Below are positions 1 to 9,356 of a stretch of DNA of 64,000 nucleotides, in pieces. The stretch lies in contig JAEOTA010000086.1 of NCBI GenBank assembly GCA_016840085.1, positions 64,001 to 128,000 of the forward strand, written 5' to 3'. The notes beneath the pieces are model-generated. The model made no database searches. It was not told where the DNA came from and saw only the letters and a program-made list of their open reading frames with translations. The translations under genes were made by a program, and so were the position numbers. Positions within the stretch are counted from its first letter, which is position 1. Each line of letters opens with the position of its first letter. This stretch comes from Promethearchaeota archaeon. Lineage in GTDB: Archaea > Asgardarchaeota > Lokiarchaeia > Sigyniarchaeales > SOKP01.

Positions 1-492
1 ATTGATGGCATTTTTTTAGCCCCCCAAAGAGATTTTGTAGAAATTTTATTAGAGAACAATTATTTACGAGAGAATAAGCAAACAGATGGCACTATAAGAT
101 TATTACCTCAGTTTAGTAATGAAACTTTATTTTTATACTATTTATCATTTGCAGCTCAAAGAAGGGGTTTTTTATCAAAAGAATTGATTAATTGGATTTC
201 AATGAATTTTGCTTTTTTAATTTATATGGGGATATTAAAGTGGAAATTATCCGACGAGAATATTTTTTATACTATTTTTAAAGATTTACAAACAAATGAA
301 AAAGTTCTTCCTTATTTAATGAAACTAGTATGTTTTCCAAATTATTTAGGTTTAGATAAAATGAAAATCAGAGATTCAGTTCAATACCGAAAAGAAATCT
401 TTAATTTTATAGGTTCGCAAATTGATAACCTGAAGGACTTTATTACTGAAATTGCAAATTATTGTAATAAATTTGATAAGAAAAGGAATTAA
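1..492 (+). CDS. hypothetical protein, 5'-truncated by window edge
   Basis: Frame 1 is open from base 1 (IDGIFLAPQRDFVEILL...) through the 184..492 ORF to TAA at 490-492. Confidence 0.75.
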   Translation: MDGIFLAPQRDFVEILLENNYLRENKQTDGTIRLLPQFSNETLFLYYLSFAAQRRGFLSKELINWISMNFAFLIYMGILKWKLSDENIFYTIFKDLQTNEKVLPYLMKLVCFPNYLGLDKMKIRDSVQYRKEIFNFIGSQIDNLKDFITEIANYCNKFDKKRN

Positions 493-567
493 TATAAAAA
501 AAAGAGTTGAGGAAAAATTAGTAAAAAAAATAATGTAAATGAAGTAAATTTTACGTACACAGATGAT

Positions 568-1626
568 GTGATTAAAGATCGTCTTGGTAAGTATGGAGCA
601 GTCTATTTTTCGGGTGATATAAAAGAATCTGTTGAAGATATTTTAGGTAATGAAACTAAAAAAGAGATATTAGATGATTTCTTTAAAGCTTTGATAAAAT
701 ATGATGAATTCTCAGAACAATTAAAAAATACAAAATTAACTCCTAATTTAACAGTACTTCTTTATGGGCCTCCTGGAACGGGCAAAACTTCATTAACAAG
801 AGGATTTGCTAAGAAATATAGCATTCCAATATGTATTGTAGAATCTGATAGACTCGTGTCACCATTATTAGGAGATACAATTAAAAATATCAGGGGGGTT
901 GTTGAATTAGCAGCAGAAATATCAAAAGAGAGAGGAGCATTTATTTTATTTTTTGATGAAATCGATGCGGTAGGATCTGAAAGGTCTAACATTCACGAAG
1001 TTGGTGAAATTAAAAGAGCCGTTATCTCTTTCCTACAAGTAATTGATAGGGTTAATTACGAAGGAGTGCCATTGGCAATATTTGGAGCTACAAACCACCA
1101 ACATCAACTTGATTCAGCTATATGGCGTCGTTTCACATTCCATTTTAAATTTGATTTTCCCGATTACAATTTACGTAAGCAAATAATTGAAGGTTTTGTT
1201 TATAAAATAGAAAACGCAAAAATAGGAGTCGACAATTCAATATTCACAAATTTAAATAAAGAATATAAAGAAATACAAGATATTGTTAAAGAACTAGAAA
1301 GGAAGTTAGGAAGAAAAATTTCTGAGTTTGATGACAATATTTTATGGGATGAAGTAAAGAGAAAGGGTAAAATAGAAGGTCTTTTGAAACTAACTATTGG
1401 ATATTCTGGTTCAGATATCGAAAGGGGAACTAAAGTTGCGTTATTAAAAGCAATAAATTCAGAACTTCTCACTTACGATATCTTTTATAATTCATTAAAA
1501 ATGGTTGGTGGAACTGCCATTCATGTTGAGAGACAAGATATTTTAAGTGATGCTAGAACCCCCACCAAAGCACAGAAAGTGTTTGAAGAAAATAAAAAAA
1601 AGTTGTTAGGTCCTCCCGAAATTTAA
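568..1626 (+). CDS. single-domain AAA+ ATPase (classical clade, CDC48/Vps4/PAN-like core) with no N-terminal adaptor domain
   Basis: Walker A GPPGTGKT, Walker B FFDEID, sensor 1 GATN, SRH LDSAIWRRF, GYSGSDIE. Confidence 0.9.
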   Translation: MIKDRLGKYGAVYFSGDIKESVEDILGNETKKEILDDFFKALIKYDEFSEQLKNTKLTPNLTVLLYGPPGTGKTSLTRGFAKKYSIPICIVESDRLVSPLLGDTIKNIRGVVELAAEISKERGAFILFFDEIDAVGSERSNIHEVGEIKRAVISFLQVIDRVNYEGVPLAIFGATNHQHQLDSAIWRRFTFHFKFDFPDYNLRKQIIEGFVYKIENAKIGVDNSIFTNLNKEYKEIQDIVKELERKLGRKISEFDDNILWDEVKRKGKIEGLLKLTIGYSGSDIERGTKVALLKAINSELLTYDIFYNSLKMVGGTAIHVERQDILSDARTPTKAQKVFEENKKKLLGPPEI

Positions 1627-1652
1627 ACGATAAATAAAGTATTAAATCAATT

Positions 1653-2694
1653 ATGACAGAATATCGATCATTTAATCTTGATATAATTAAAGAATTAACT
1701 GCCCCTATTGAAATTCTTCAGGCAAAAATTAACCATTTGAGAGAACTTATTCCCACATTTGAATCTGATAAGCGACAATTAGTTAAAAATTTCACTAAAG
1801 ATGATTTTCTTTCTCAGATTGAAGATTTAACAATAGTTATGAACAGAATACAAAACCAATTGGAGAAAACTTCAACTGATAATACTCACAAATTTTTAAG
1901 TTTTAAACTATCGCTAATTAAAAAACATAAAGAAACTTACCGAGAGAGCTTAAAAATATTAAAATTAAATCAAAGCTCATTAAGAGAAATTGGATTAAAT
2001 TTAATTGAAAATAGAAATATTAGCAAAATTATTTACCAGAGATCAATAATACCTTCAATAGGTGTTTATCAGTGGTCGGAACTCTTAGATTCTTTAAAAA
2101 ACAATTCATTATTTTTAAGAATTTTAAAAAAAGTCGAATTATATTATCAAAATTTAATTCAAGATAAACTCAAATTAGAATTAAGTAAAATACCTAACGA
2201 TACAGATTCATCATTAATTAAAACCTATCAAAAAGCTTTCCAAGAAGATCCCTCTTTATCTTTTAATGAATTCATTCAAAATATTGAAAAAAGTTTAACA
2301 CAATTAGAATTGAAGGCTAAAAGAGATATTATACAAAAAGCAAAAGATATAAAGGAGTTAAAAAAATTAAAAAAGAAACAAGAGGAACAAAGAGAAACTT
2401 ATGAAGATTATTTGAAACTCTCTGAGAGAGAATTTGAGAGAAAGTTACGTCGTAAATCTAGAGAAAAATTAAAAGAAATTGCAACTGCTCCTGAAGAAAG
2501 TGATAGTATTGAAATTAGTGATGAAATTTCTGAAAAAATTGAAAAATTTAAATCTCAATTTGACAAAAGGTTTGAAGAAGAATATCTAATTCAAAATGAT
2601 GACCAAAAAGATCCTATTGAGGTTATAAGAGAAAGAAAAAAAAAAAAAAGAAAAAGAATTTAAGACATATAAGAAACATTTTGAAAAAAAATAA
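1653..2694 (+). CDS. coiled-coil hypothetical protein; probable 1-nt frameshift in the A14 run near the C-terminus
   Basis: ORF 1653..2663 is K/E-rich and helical; the A-run at 2636-2649 leads into an alternative frame KEKEFKTYKKHFEKK ending at TAA 2692-2694. Confidence 0.7.
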
Positions 2695-2718
2695 ATAATA
2701 GAGTTTAAGTGTTTTAAT

Positions 2719-4332
2719 ATTCCGATAAATAATTTCAAGCTCTCAATTGGTTCTAAAGAAATTCTAATTCAAGATCGATTTACATTGATTAATGGTAAAT
2801 TTAAGAAAAGTGAATTAAATAAATTTAAAAAAAATATGTTTTCAAAAATTTTAGAGAACTTAGAACTAATTCCAATTGAGATTTTCATTGATTTTCTCTA
2901 TAGGCAATCTGAAGAATTTCTCAATTTAAAAAAATCTCTCAAAATTCTAGAAATATTTAATGAAAATCGGAATTGTATGGAACAAAATATTAAATTTGTT
3001 ATACAATTTATAGAAGTAGTTGAATCACTGATTTCACTTTTTAGATTCATTAAACTCACAAAAGAAAAAGAAATCCTAGAAAAAGAATTAGAAATTTCAA
3101 AAAAATATAAAAAAACCAGTGATATCACTGCTATTTCAGATTTAATGAAAAAACTCAATGAATCTTTAATCAATAATAGAAGGAAATTAAAATATCTAGA
3201 AGAAGATTTTCTTCAACGAAAAAATCAAATAGACCAAATTATTAATACGATTGATAACTTTAAGTTAAAAATCCAGGAATTAACAAAACAAAAAAAAGAA
3301 AACTTCAGTCAAATTAATAAAATTACACGTGAAATGGAAGGAGATTCCACCAATCAAGAAATAATTCCGAATAACAAGCCAGAAATAAATACTTCTTTAA
3401 CAAATGCAGAAAAAATAAAAAAGCTCCAAATGAATGCGAAAGAAATTCAAATTGAAATTAATCAAATTAATTCAAATATTAACGAAACTAAATCGAAACT
3501 CGAAGAATTAAGCCCATTTTATGAGATATATAAAAAAGATTACGATAAACTTTTAGAAATAATTAAAACAGATGAAGGAAAATTTGAAAAACTACAGTCT
3601 CAACTTAAAGATAAAATCAAAGATAAAGAAAGCATATTAAATCAAGAACTTGATATTGTAGATTTCAAATCAATAAGACCACTTCAAGAAATCGAAGAAC
3701 AGATTCAAAAAATTGACTACAAATTAACTGAGATTTCAATAGTAAACCCTCTTTTTAATGCTGAAAACCAATATGACTTATCTTTAATTATAAAAAAATT
3801 AGAAGAAATTAGTCATGACATAGAAATTCGACAAAATGAAATTATTATTGATATGAATGAAGTGGATATGAAAAATAATATCAAGAGCCTTCAAAATTTA
3901 GAGATAATAATAAATACTATTGATACGTTTATCAATATATTCTTAAAAGAAATTAATTTAAAATTAGAACTTAGAATTATCATCAGTTCTGATAATCAAA
4001 ATTTATATATCCGCCCAAATTTCATTCGTACTACAGAAGAGCGAATTAATTTTGATAATTTGACTACTCCTGAGAAAATCTTTTTCGCGATTATGTTCTA
4101 TATATCAATAAATCTTTACATTGGTACTAAAAATATTATCTTCTCAAATTTATTTGTACCAAATAAATATAATAAAGCGGGTTCTATATTCAGAACAATC
4201 AGAAAAATACTACCCCTTTTTGAAAGTGAAGAAAGGCTTTTAGACTTTAACTTAATTTATATTATTTCAAATCTAGAGATGAAAAAAGATATTAAAAATT
4301 TGAAAATAATTACAATGCCAGAAAATGGATGA
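2719..4332 (+). CDS. degenerate SMC/Rad50-like coiled-coil protein (ATPase motifs lost); start probably upstream of the 2785 TTG
   Basis: N-terminal INNFKLSIGSKEILIQDRFTLINGK resembles an SMC N-head, followed by a long coiled coil; C-terminal NLTTPEKIFFAIMF...NIIFSN...NLIYIISN resembles LSGGEK/Walker B/H-loop; frame is open from 2695. Confidence 0.6.
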   Translation: MPINNFKLSIGSKEILIQDRFTLINGKFKKSELNKFKKNMFSKILENLELIPIEIFIDFLYRQSEEFLNLKKSLKILEIFNENRNCMEQNIKFVIQFIEVVESLISLFRFIKLTKEKEILEKELEISKKYKKTSDITAISDLMKKLNESLINNRRKLKYLEEDFLQRKNQIDQIINTIDNFKLKIQELTKQKKENFSQINKITREMEGDSTNQEIIPNNKPEINTSLTNAEKIKKLQMNAKEIQIEINQINSNINETKSKLEELSPFYEIYKKDYDKLLEIIKTDEGKFEKLQSQLKDKIKDKESILNQELDIVDFKSIRPLQEIEEQIQKIDYKLTEISIVNPLFNAENQYDLSLIIKKLEEISHDIEIRQNEIIIDMNEVDMKNNIKSLQNLEIIINTIDTFINIFLKEINLKLELRIIISSDNQNLYIRPNFIRTTEERINFDNLTTPEKIFFAIMFYISINLYIGTKNIIFSNLFVPNKYNKAGSIFRTIRKILPLFESEERLLDFNLIYIISNLEMKKDIKNLKIITMPENG

Positions 4333-4834
4333 TATAATAATGGGAGTAAAAGATGTTAAAGAAACAGTAAAAAATATAACTAAACTTATTCTAACAAATC
4401 CTCAGAAAGTTATTAGAGAGGAAGATCTCAAAAATTTAAGCAAGGCTTTTAATTTTGAACAAATAATCAGTGAAATATATGTTAATTTGAGAAATATTGG
4501 TTTTGAACTGATAAAAACAAATTTTCTTGATCAACAATATTATATCTTAACATCTGAAGGTAAAGATGATAATATTACGCCATCGCAATACGGCACTTTA
4601 GCTTTAATCATAGCTTTAAGTAAAGAACTTGATGAGAATATGAAAATTGAAGATTTAAAAGAAATTTTTGCTGATATTTGGGATACTGATATTCAATTCT
4701 TGCTTAATAATGATTATTTAAGAAAATTTGATGATTTAGAAATAATCAAAGTAGCACCTTTAGGGAAAGCTACTATGAAGAATATTATTAGAGAAATTCA
4801 ACTAAAAAATTTATTAGATATATTTAAAGAATAA
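4325..4834 (+). CDS. tandem winged-helix protein, ScpB/MksE(JetB)/Nse-type kite-like
   Basis: 169 aa; ITPSQYGTLALIIAL followed by a wHTH-like tail (FLLNNDYL...IKVAPLG); overlaps the end of the SMC-like gene. Confidence 0.5.
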   Translation: MDDIIMGVKDVKETVKNITKLILTNPQKVIREEDLKNLSKAFNFEQIISEIYVNLRNIGFELIKTNFLDQQYYILTSEGKDDNITPSQYGTLALIIALSKELDENMKIEDLKEIFADIWDTDIQFLLNNDYLRKFDDLEIIKVAPLGKATMKNIIREIQLKNLLDIFKE

Positions 4835-4866
4835 AATAAATATAAAAATTTTAAAAATAAAAAAAA

Positions 4867-5286
4867 TTAATCTATTTCTAAGTCCATTTTAAATTGTTCA
4901 TAAATTTTCCTAACTCTGTCAGCTGAAGGACCTTCTCCTCTTACTCCTTTTTCATCTACAATGATTTTACCACTTAATATTGATATCATGTTCTGGTCTT
5001 CAATATAATCTACATGGCCTTTCGAAAATATGCTTGCTATTCTATCGGAAAGAGCTTGCATAGGAAAAGGCTCTTCTTCTAAACTCACAAAATTGTAATA
5101 TCTACTTCTAATAAACAATTTTGGGAATGATTTGTTTTTTTCGTTTTTAGCATTAATAAGAATAAGATTGGAATCCTCTGAAATTCCTTTTAACTGTCCT
5201 ACAAAAAATTTATCTTTATCAATATATACTTTAACGATTTTATCAATTAAAGTTCCTAACTCTGTATTATATTGTCTAATTGACAT
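4867..5286 (-). CDS. Lsm/Sm-like RNA-binding protein with C-terminal extension (SmAP3 type)
   Basis: Sm1 motif LIDKIVKVYI...FVGQLKGI...NLILINA, Sm2 LFIRS, plus a ~70 aa C-terminal domain. Confidence 0.8.
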   Translation of the reverse strand: MSIRQYNTELGTLIDKIVKVYIDKDKFFVGQLKGISEDSNLILINAKNEKNKSFPKLFIRSRYYNFVSLEEEPFPMQALSDRIASIFSKGHVDYIEDQNMISILSGKIIVDEKGVRGEGPSADRVRKIYEQFKMDLEID

Positions 5287-5350
5287 GATATATCAGAACT
5301 TTTATATTATGTATTATAATTATCTTATTTTTCTTTTAATCTTAATTCTA

Positions 5351-6007
5351 TCAATTAATAATCTCTTTTATAAGCTCCGAGATGTTTTCTCCAGTTATAG
5401 CACTAGTTTTTATGATTTTTAGGTTTGGATTTATTTTTTTGGCATCATTGACCATTTTATCAATATTGACATCCATTACATCAATTAGATCGATTTTATT
5501 GATTACAGCAACATCTGACATCTTAAAAAGCATTGGATGTTTTTCGATTACCCATTCGCCTTCGGTAATAGATACAATTACCACTCTTTTCTCAGCACCT
5601 AAAATGAAATCAGATGGACAGATTAGATTACCGACATTTTCAATGAATAATAAATCAATTTCATTTAAATCATAATTTTTTATAACCTGAGAGATGTGAT
5701 ATGAATTTAAGGCACACTCACGACCTGTATTAACCTGAATTGTTTTCACACCATGTTTTTCAATTCGGTCAGCATCTATTCTAGAAGTTACATCACCATT
5801 GATTACAAGAATCCTATAGTCTTTTAAAATCCTTTTTACAATACTTTCTATAACCGCAGTCTTTCCCGCCCCTATTGCTCCTACAAAATCTATAGATTTT
5901 ATATTTTTCTTCTTAAATAAATTTCTATTTTGGTTAGCTAATCTCTCATTATTTTCAATTAAATCTTCATTTAACTCTATAATATTTGAAATTTCTTTTT
6001 CAGACAT
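5351..6007 (-). CDS. hypB: hydrogenase nickel incorporation GTPase HypB
   Basis: GAIGAGKT, DADRI, QVNTGREC, ENVGNLICP, NKID. Confidence 0.92.
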   Translation of the reverse strand: MSEKEISNIIELNEDLIENNERLANQNRNLFKKKNIKSIDFVGAIGAGKTAVIESIVKRILKDYRILVINGDVTSRIDADRIEKHGVKTIQVNTGRECALNSYHISQVIKNYDLNEIDLLFIENVGNLICPSDFILGAEKRVVIVSITEGEWVIEKHPMLFKMSDVAVINKIDLIDVMDVNIDKMVNDAKKINPNLKIIKTSAITGENISELIKEIIN

Positions 6008-6107
6008 CTTAAATATTAATCCCGTTTCTTAAAATCTGATGAGGTATGAAAATAAAGTTATAATCCTTGATATTTTTTATTAATTTATGAAAGTTTAAAA
6101 AAAGGTA

Positions 6108-7058
6108 TTATCGACTTCTAAATTTGTATTTGTAAACTATATACGCTCCAAGAATACCTCCTAATTCAGGTAAATAATATAGTAAATAATGTGGAGAAAA
6201 TAGTGCAAAAAGCAATCCTGGAACTAATCTGAATAATATGATAATTAGCAAAAAAGATCTTCCCCTCATTCTAATTGGAAGAAAATACATTAAAGAAGTA
6301 ATTTCTCGGTTCATTATTGGAAAGAGTGAATATGATATTAATCCTAACATCCCTCCCCAGGCTAATCCTACTGAAATGGAATAACTATCTAAGGGGTAAA
6401 GAGAAACTAATGAGATTCTTAACAAGAAATAAAATAGTGCTGTAAATAAACAAGAGATTAAATATAGTTTTATTAAAAATTTTGTACCAAGGCTTAATTC
6501 GATAGTTCTTGTCATAAAATATAAAATATACAACATGATAAACAAAAAGAATATCCCAAAAAAGTCTTTAGTGCTAATAAAAAGCGCTGTAAATAATGTA
6601 TGGAATGTGTATTCATAAATAAGACCATTTAGACTTAAATATATATAATGATCTAATGGAGTATATGCAAAAAACAAAGCTACAATTGAAAATAAAGAAA
6701 TCATCAAAAATAAGGTTTTAGTACCTACATATTGTGTTGTTTTTTTATAAGGTCTTTGATAAGCTTGATAACTTCGCATTGTCTCTTTTCTTTGTTTGTC
6801 TTGTCGTTTCAGATACTTTTTTAATGATTTTGGACCTTTTTCTAAATACTCTCGGGGAATTGGTTTCTCTATAACTGCATCCTGATAACGTCGACGAGTT
6901 TCTTTTGACTCCGGTGTTGAAATGGGGACATGTTTCAATTCAAATGAACATTCATGATTCTCAGGCAATCGATGTTTTTTACAAAAAGTCCCTCCACAAT
7001 ATTTACATGTAAAAGGAAGATAACCGATTTGTTCACCACAGAATTCGCAAAATGTTAC
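6108..7058 (-). CDS. AN1-type zinc finger fused to a rhomboid-superfamily membrane domain (catalytic dyad absent)
   Basis: Frame extends upstream of the 6968 TTG as [37 protein letters not shown] (complete AN1 finger); about 6 TM helices; GLAWGG and PELGG at the GxS and HxGG positions. Confidence 0.75.
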   Translation of the reverse strand, partial: VTFCEFCGEQIGYLPFTCKYCGGTFCKKHRLPENHECSFELKHVPISTPESKETRRRYQDAVIEKPIPREYLEKGPKSLKKYLKRQDKQRKETMRSYQAYQRPYKKTTQYVGTKTLFLMISLFSIVALFFAYTPLDHYIYLSLNGLIYEYTFHTLFTALFISTKDFFGIFFLFIMLYILYFMTRTIELSLGTKFLIKLYLISCLFTALFYFLLRISLVSLYPLDSYSISVGLAWGGMLGLISYSLFPIMNREITSLMYFLPIRMRGRSFLLIIILFRLVPGLLFALFSPHYLLYYLPELGGILGAYIVYKYKFRSR

Positions 7059-7241
7059 TTTAAATCACCAAGTACTGCTTTTATTATTTGTATAGTTTAT
7101 TATTAAAATTATATAAAATTCAAGAATATAATATTTTTAAATTATTATCCTTCATAATTTTTACTCCAATTTTTCTTCTTATTGTAAGATTTTTATTCTA
7201 AGAGTTCTATATAAAAATTTCTCAATTACTTAAACTCATAT

Positions 7242-8234
7242 TTAAATATAGGGGCTACTATCAATTGGAGCGTAAATAACAATCAAAGTAATAATTAATA
7301 AAATTAAAAGTAATCCAATTAATAGAAGATAGACTTTTTTATTCCATTTCCAAATATTTTGACCGTCTAAGATTCCTAATGGGATCATGTTGAATGCTCC
7401 TAATATATAATTCAAACTCGCAGCATACCCGACAAACATATTCAGTGGATAGAATTGAGTTGGAATCAAAAATGATATTATTAGAAGTATAGTACCATAA
7501 AAAAGATTGATAGTAGGCCCTGCTGCTTTACATAAACCGGTCGTTCTATCCACCTTATCTAAGCCTAAAACCACAACAGCCCCGGGAAGAGCTAATGTGG
7601 GTAATGCGGCACCACCTAACACTAAACCGTATAAACCTGTTATAATTCCAAAAACAGTTAAAATCATCCCAAAAGTTAATAATCTAAATTTTGTTTGAAG
7701 TCCAAAATGAACTGCTACCTGTCTATGCCCAAATTCGTGGAAAAGAAACGCTGTGGCGTAAAAACCTGCTAACATGAATATTCCCCATTCATACCCAGTA
7801 TTGATGAGATTAGGGTAAAAATTCAAAAAACCTATAACAAAAATTAAAGAAACTCCAATTAGAAAATGTACCAATTCTGACGTATGGGGGAATAAAATTC
7901 CCTTAAATTTAATGCCCGAATCAGGATCAAACGCATTTACAGGAACTTGAGCTTCTTGACGATACCATGTATAAGTTCCATCTGTTGTTCCTCGTATTTC
8001 ACTGGTCGATATTTGTTCCCGATATCCTAGTTCTTGCGAAGTATGTGGAATTTGTGAAACATCAATATATGATGCTGTTGTTGGTTGCATTTGTTGAGAC
8101 CTAAAACTTGTTTTTACAAATTCACAATCATGATTTATAGGATCTTTATGAAGTGAACAATAATTTTGTCCGCAATCACTACAATAAAATGGTTCTCCAA
8201 TAATTTCTTCTCCACAATGAGCACATTTCGCCAT
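7242..8234 (-). CDS. AN1-type zinc finger fused to an M50 (site-2 protease family) metallopeptidase
   Basis: CAHCG...CSDCGQNYCSLHKDPINHDC; HEFGH; AAGPTIN; FNMIPLGILDG. Confidence 0.88.
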   Translation of the reverse strand: MAKCAHCGEEIIGEPFYCSDCGQNYCSLHKDPINHDCEFVKTSFRSQQMQPTTASYIDVSQIPHTSQELGYREQISTSEIRGTTDGTYTWYRQEAQVPVNAFDPDSGIKFKGILFPHTSELVHFLIGVSLIFVIGFLNFYPNLINTGYEWGIFMLAGFYATAFLFHEFGHRQVAVHFGLQTKFRLLTFGMILTVFGIITGLYGLVLGGAALPTLALPGAVVVLGLDKVDRTTGLCKAAGPTINLFYGTILLIISFLIPTQFYPLNMFVGYAASLNYILGAFNMIPLGILDGQNIWKWNKKVYLLLIGLLLILLIITLIVIYAPIDSSPYI

Positions 8235-8456
8235 TCTAATTACCTTATGATAAATTTTAAATTGTTTACAAAGAAGTGTTTTTTAATTAATTATAAAATT
8301 AAAGATTTAAAATTTTATTGAGTATATTTATCCTTGACTTTTTTTGAAATTTTTAATTTCTACTTTCATGAGAATTAGTTGATATAATTTTAAGAAAATT
8401 ATTTTAATAAGAAGAGTAATATTTTAATATAGTTAAGGATCTTATAAGTGTTTGTT

Positions 8457-8615
8457 ATGAGTGAAGAAGAAAAAGAGGAAGAAGAGGAAAATTTAGAACT
8501 TGAACGTAAAAAATTAGAAGAAATGGGTGTAAATAGCACCTGGGATATTTTATCCTCGGGAGAAAAAAAAAAGAAAGAACCAGAAAAAAAACCTACTTTT
8601 AGGGGATTTAATTAA
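8457..8615 (+). CDS. small charged hypothetical protein (52 aa)
   Basis: ATG 8457, MSEEEKEEEEENLELERKKLEEMGVNSTWDILSSG..., TAA 8613-8615, followed by a T-run; below the ORF-track cutoff. Confidence 0.6.
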   Translation: MSEEEKEEEEENLELERKKLEEMGVNSTWDILSSGEKKKKEPEKKPTFRGFN

Positions 8616-8723
8616 CTTTTTTTCAAGAATTCTCGAAAAATAATTTTATTTAAAAAAATTAAATAAAATATATAAAATAATCTTAGACAGAAGTGAAATA
8701 TTACGAAAAAAGCAAAAAAATCG

Positions 8724-8906
8724 GTGTATTGTGATGTCTGCGAACGAGAAATTGTATTACACCGAAAAAACTTCGATCACATTTACCACGAGGTTCTTTG
8801 CTTCATGGTAGTTTTAACATTAGGATTTGGTTTTATAATATATTTTATTTTAAGATTGTTTCAACCTTGGGTTTGCCCAAATTGTGAAAAGCAATTTGAT
8901 TTATGA
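8724..8906 (+). CDS. small LITAF-like zinc-ribbon membrane protein
   Basis: CDVC - hydrophobic stretch - CPNC. Confidence 0.65.
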   Translation: MYCDVCEREIVLHRKNFDHIYHEVLCFMVVLTLGFGFIIYFILRLFQPWVCPNCEKQFDL

Positions 8907-8958
8907 AGTTGAGAAATATTAGAGCATAATTTATTAAATTTTTAAATAGAACGGTGTC

Positions 8959-9218
8959 TCATTTAATGTTCATTTCTTTATTACATCTAGGGCATTTTCT
9001 ATCAATTTCATTCAATTGTTTTTTCATTATTATTTTTTGATATTTACATTTTGTGTTTGGACAAACAAGTGTATATTTCGTTAGCTTAATCGTTTGTTTT
9101 CCAAGAATTTCTTTTTGAGAATCTTCATTTTTACTTTTTTTAGCTTGAACAAGAGGTTTTTTTTTTTAATTTTTTTATTTGCGTCATCTTCCGGTTTAAG
9201 CCATTTGTCTAAACCCAT
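8959..9218 (-). CDS. small zinc-ribbon protein, frameshifted in a T11 run (probable sequencing error)
   Basis: MGLDKWLKPEDD... then, after the homopolymer at 9157-9167, ...YTLVCPNTKCKYQKIIMKKQLNEIDRKCPRCNKEMNIK*. Confidence 0.6.
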
Positions 9219-9356
9219 TCAAACTCACTTTTAAAAATTAATTTATTAATAATAAAGACTCCTAAAAAGATACAAATAAATAATCTCTTCTTATAAATAA
9301 AACCTAATAAATAAAAAAGAAAAAAAAATAAAAATTTGTGTATCACAAATGACTTT

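Noticed and set aside
568-1626. Calling the AAA+ ATPase Vps4/CdvC
   Set aside because: No MIT domain, an atypical pore loop (PLLG), and no ESCRT-III genes recognisable in the window.
2636-2649. Programmed frameshift at the A14 run (similarly T11 at 9157-9167)
   Set aside because: Homopolymer length error is the simpler explanation and no stimulatory structure is evident; raw reads are needed.
9334-9350. Palindrome ATTTGTG-TAT-CACAAAT after the mat stop
   Set aside because: Short and AT-rich; cannot be distinguished from chance or a simple terminator.
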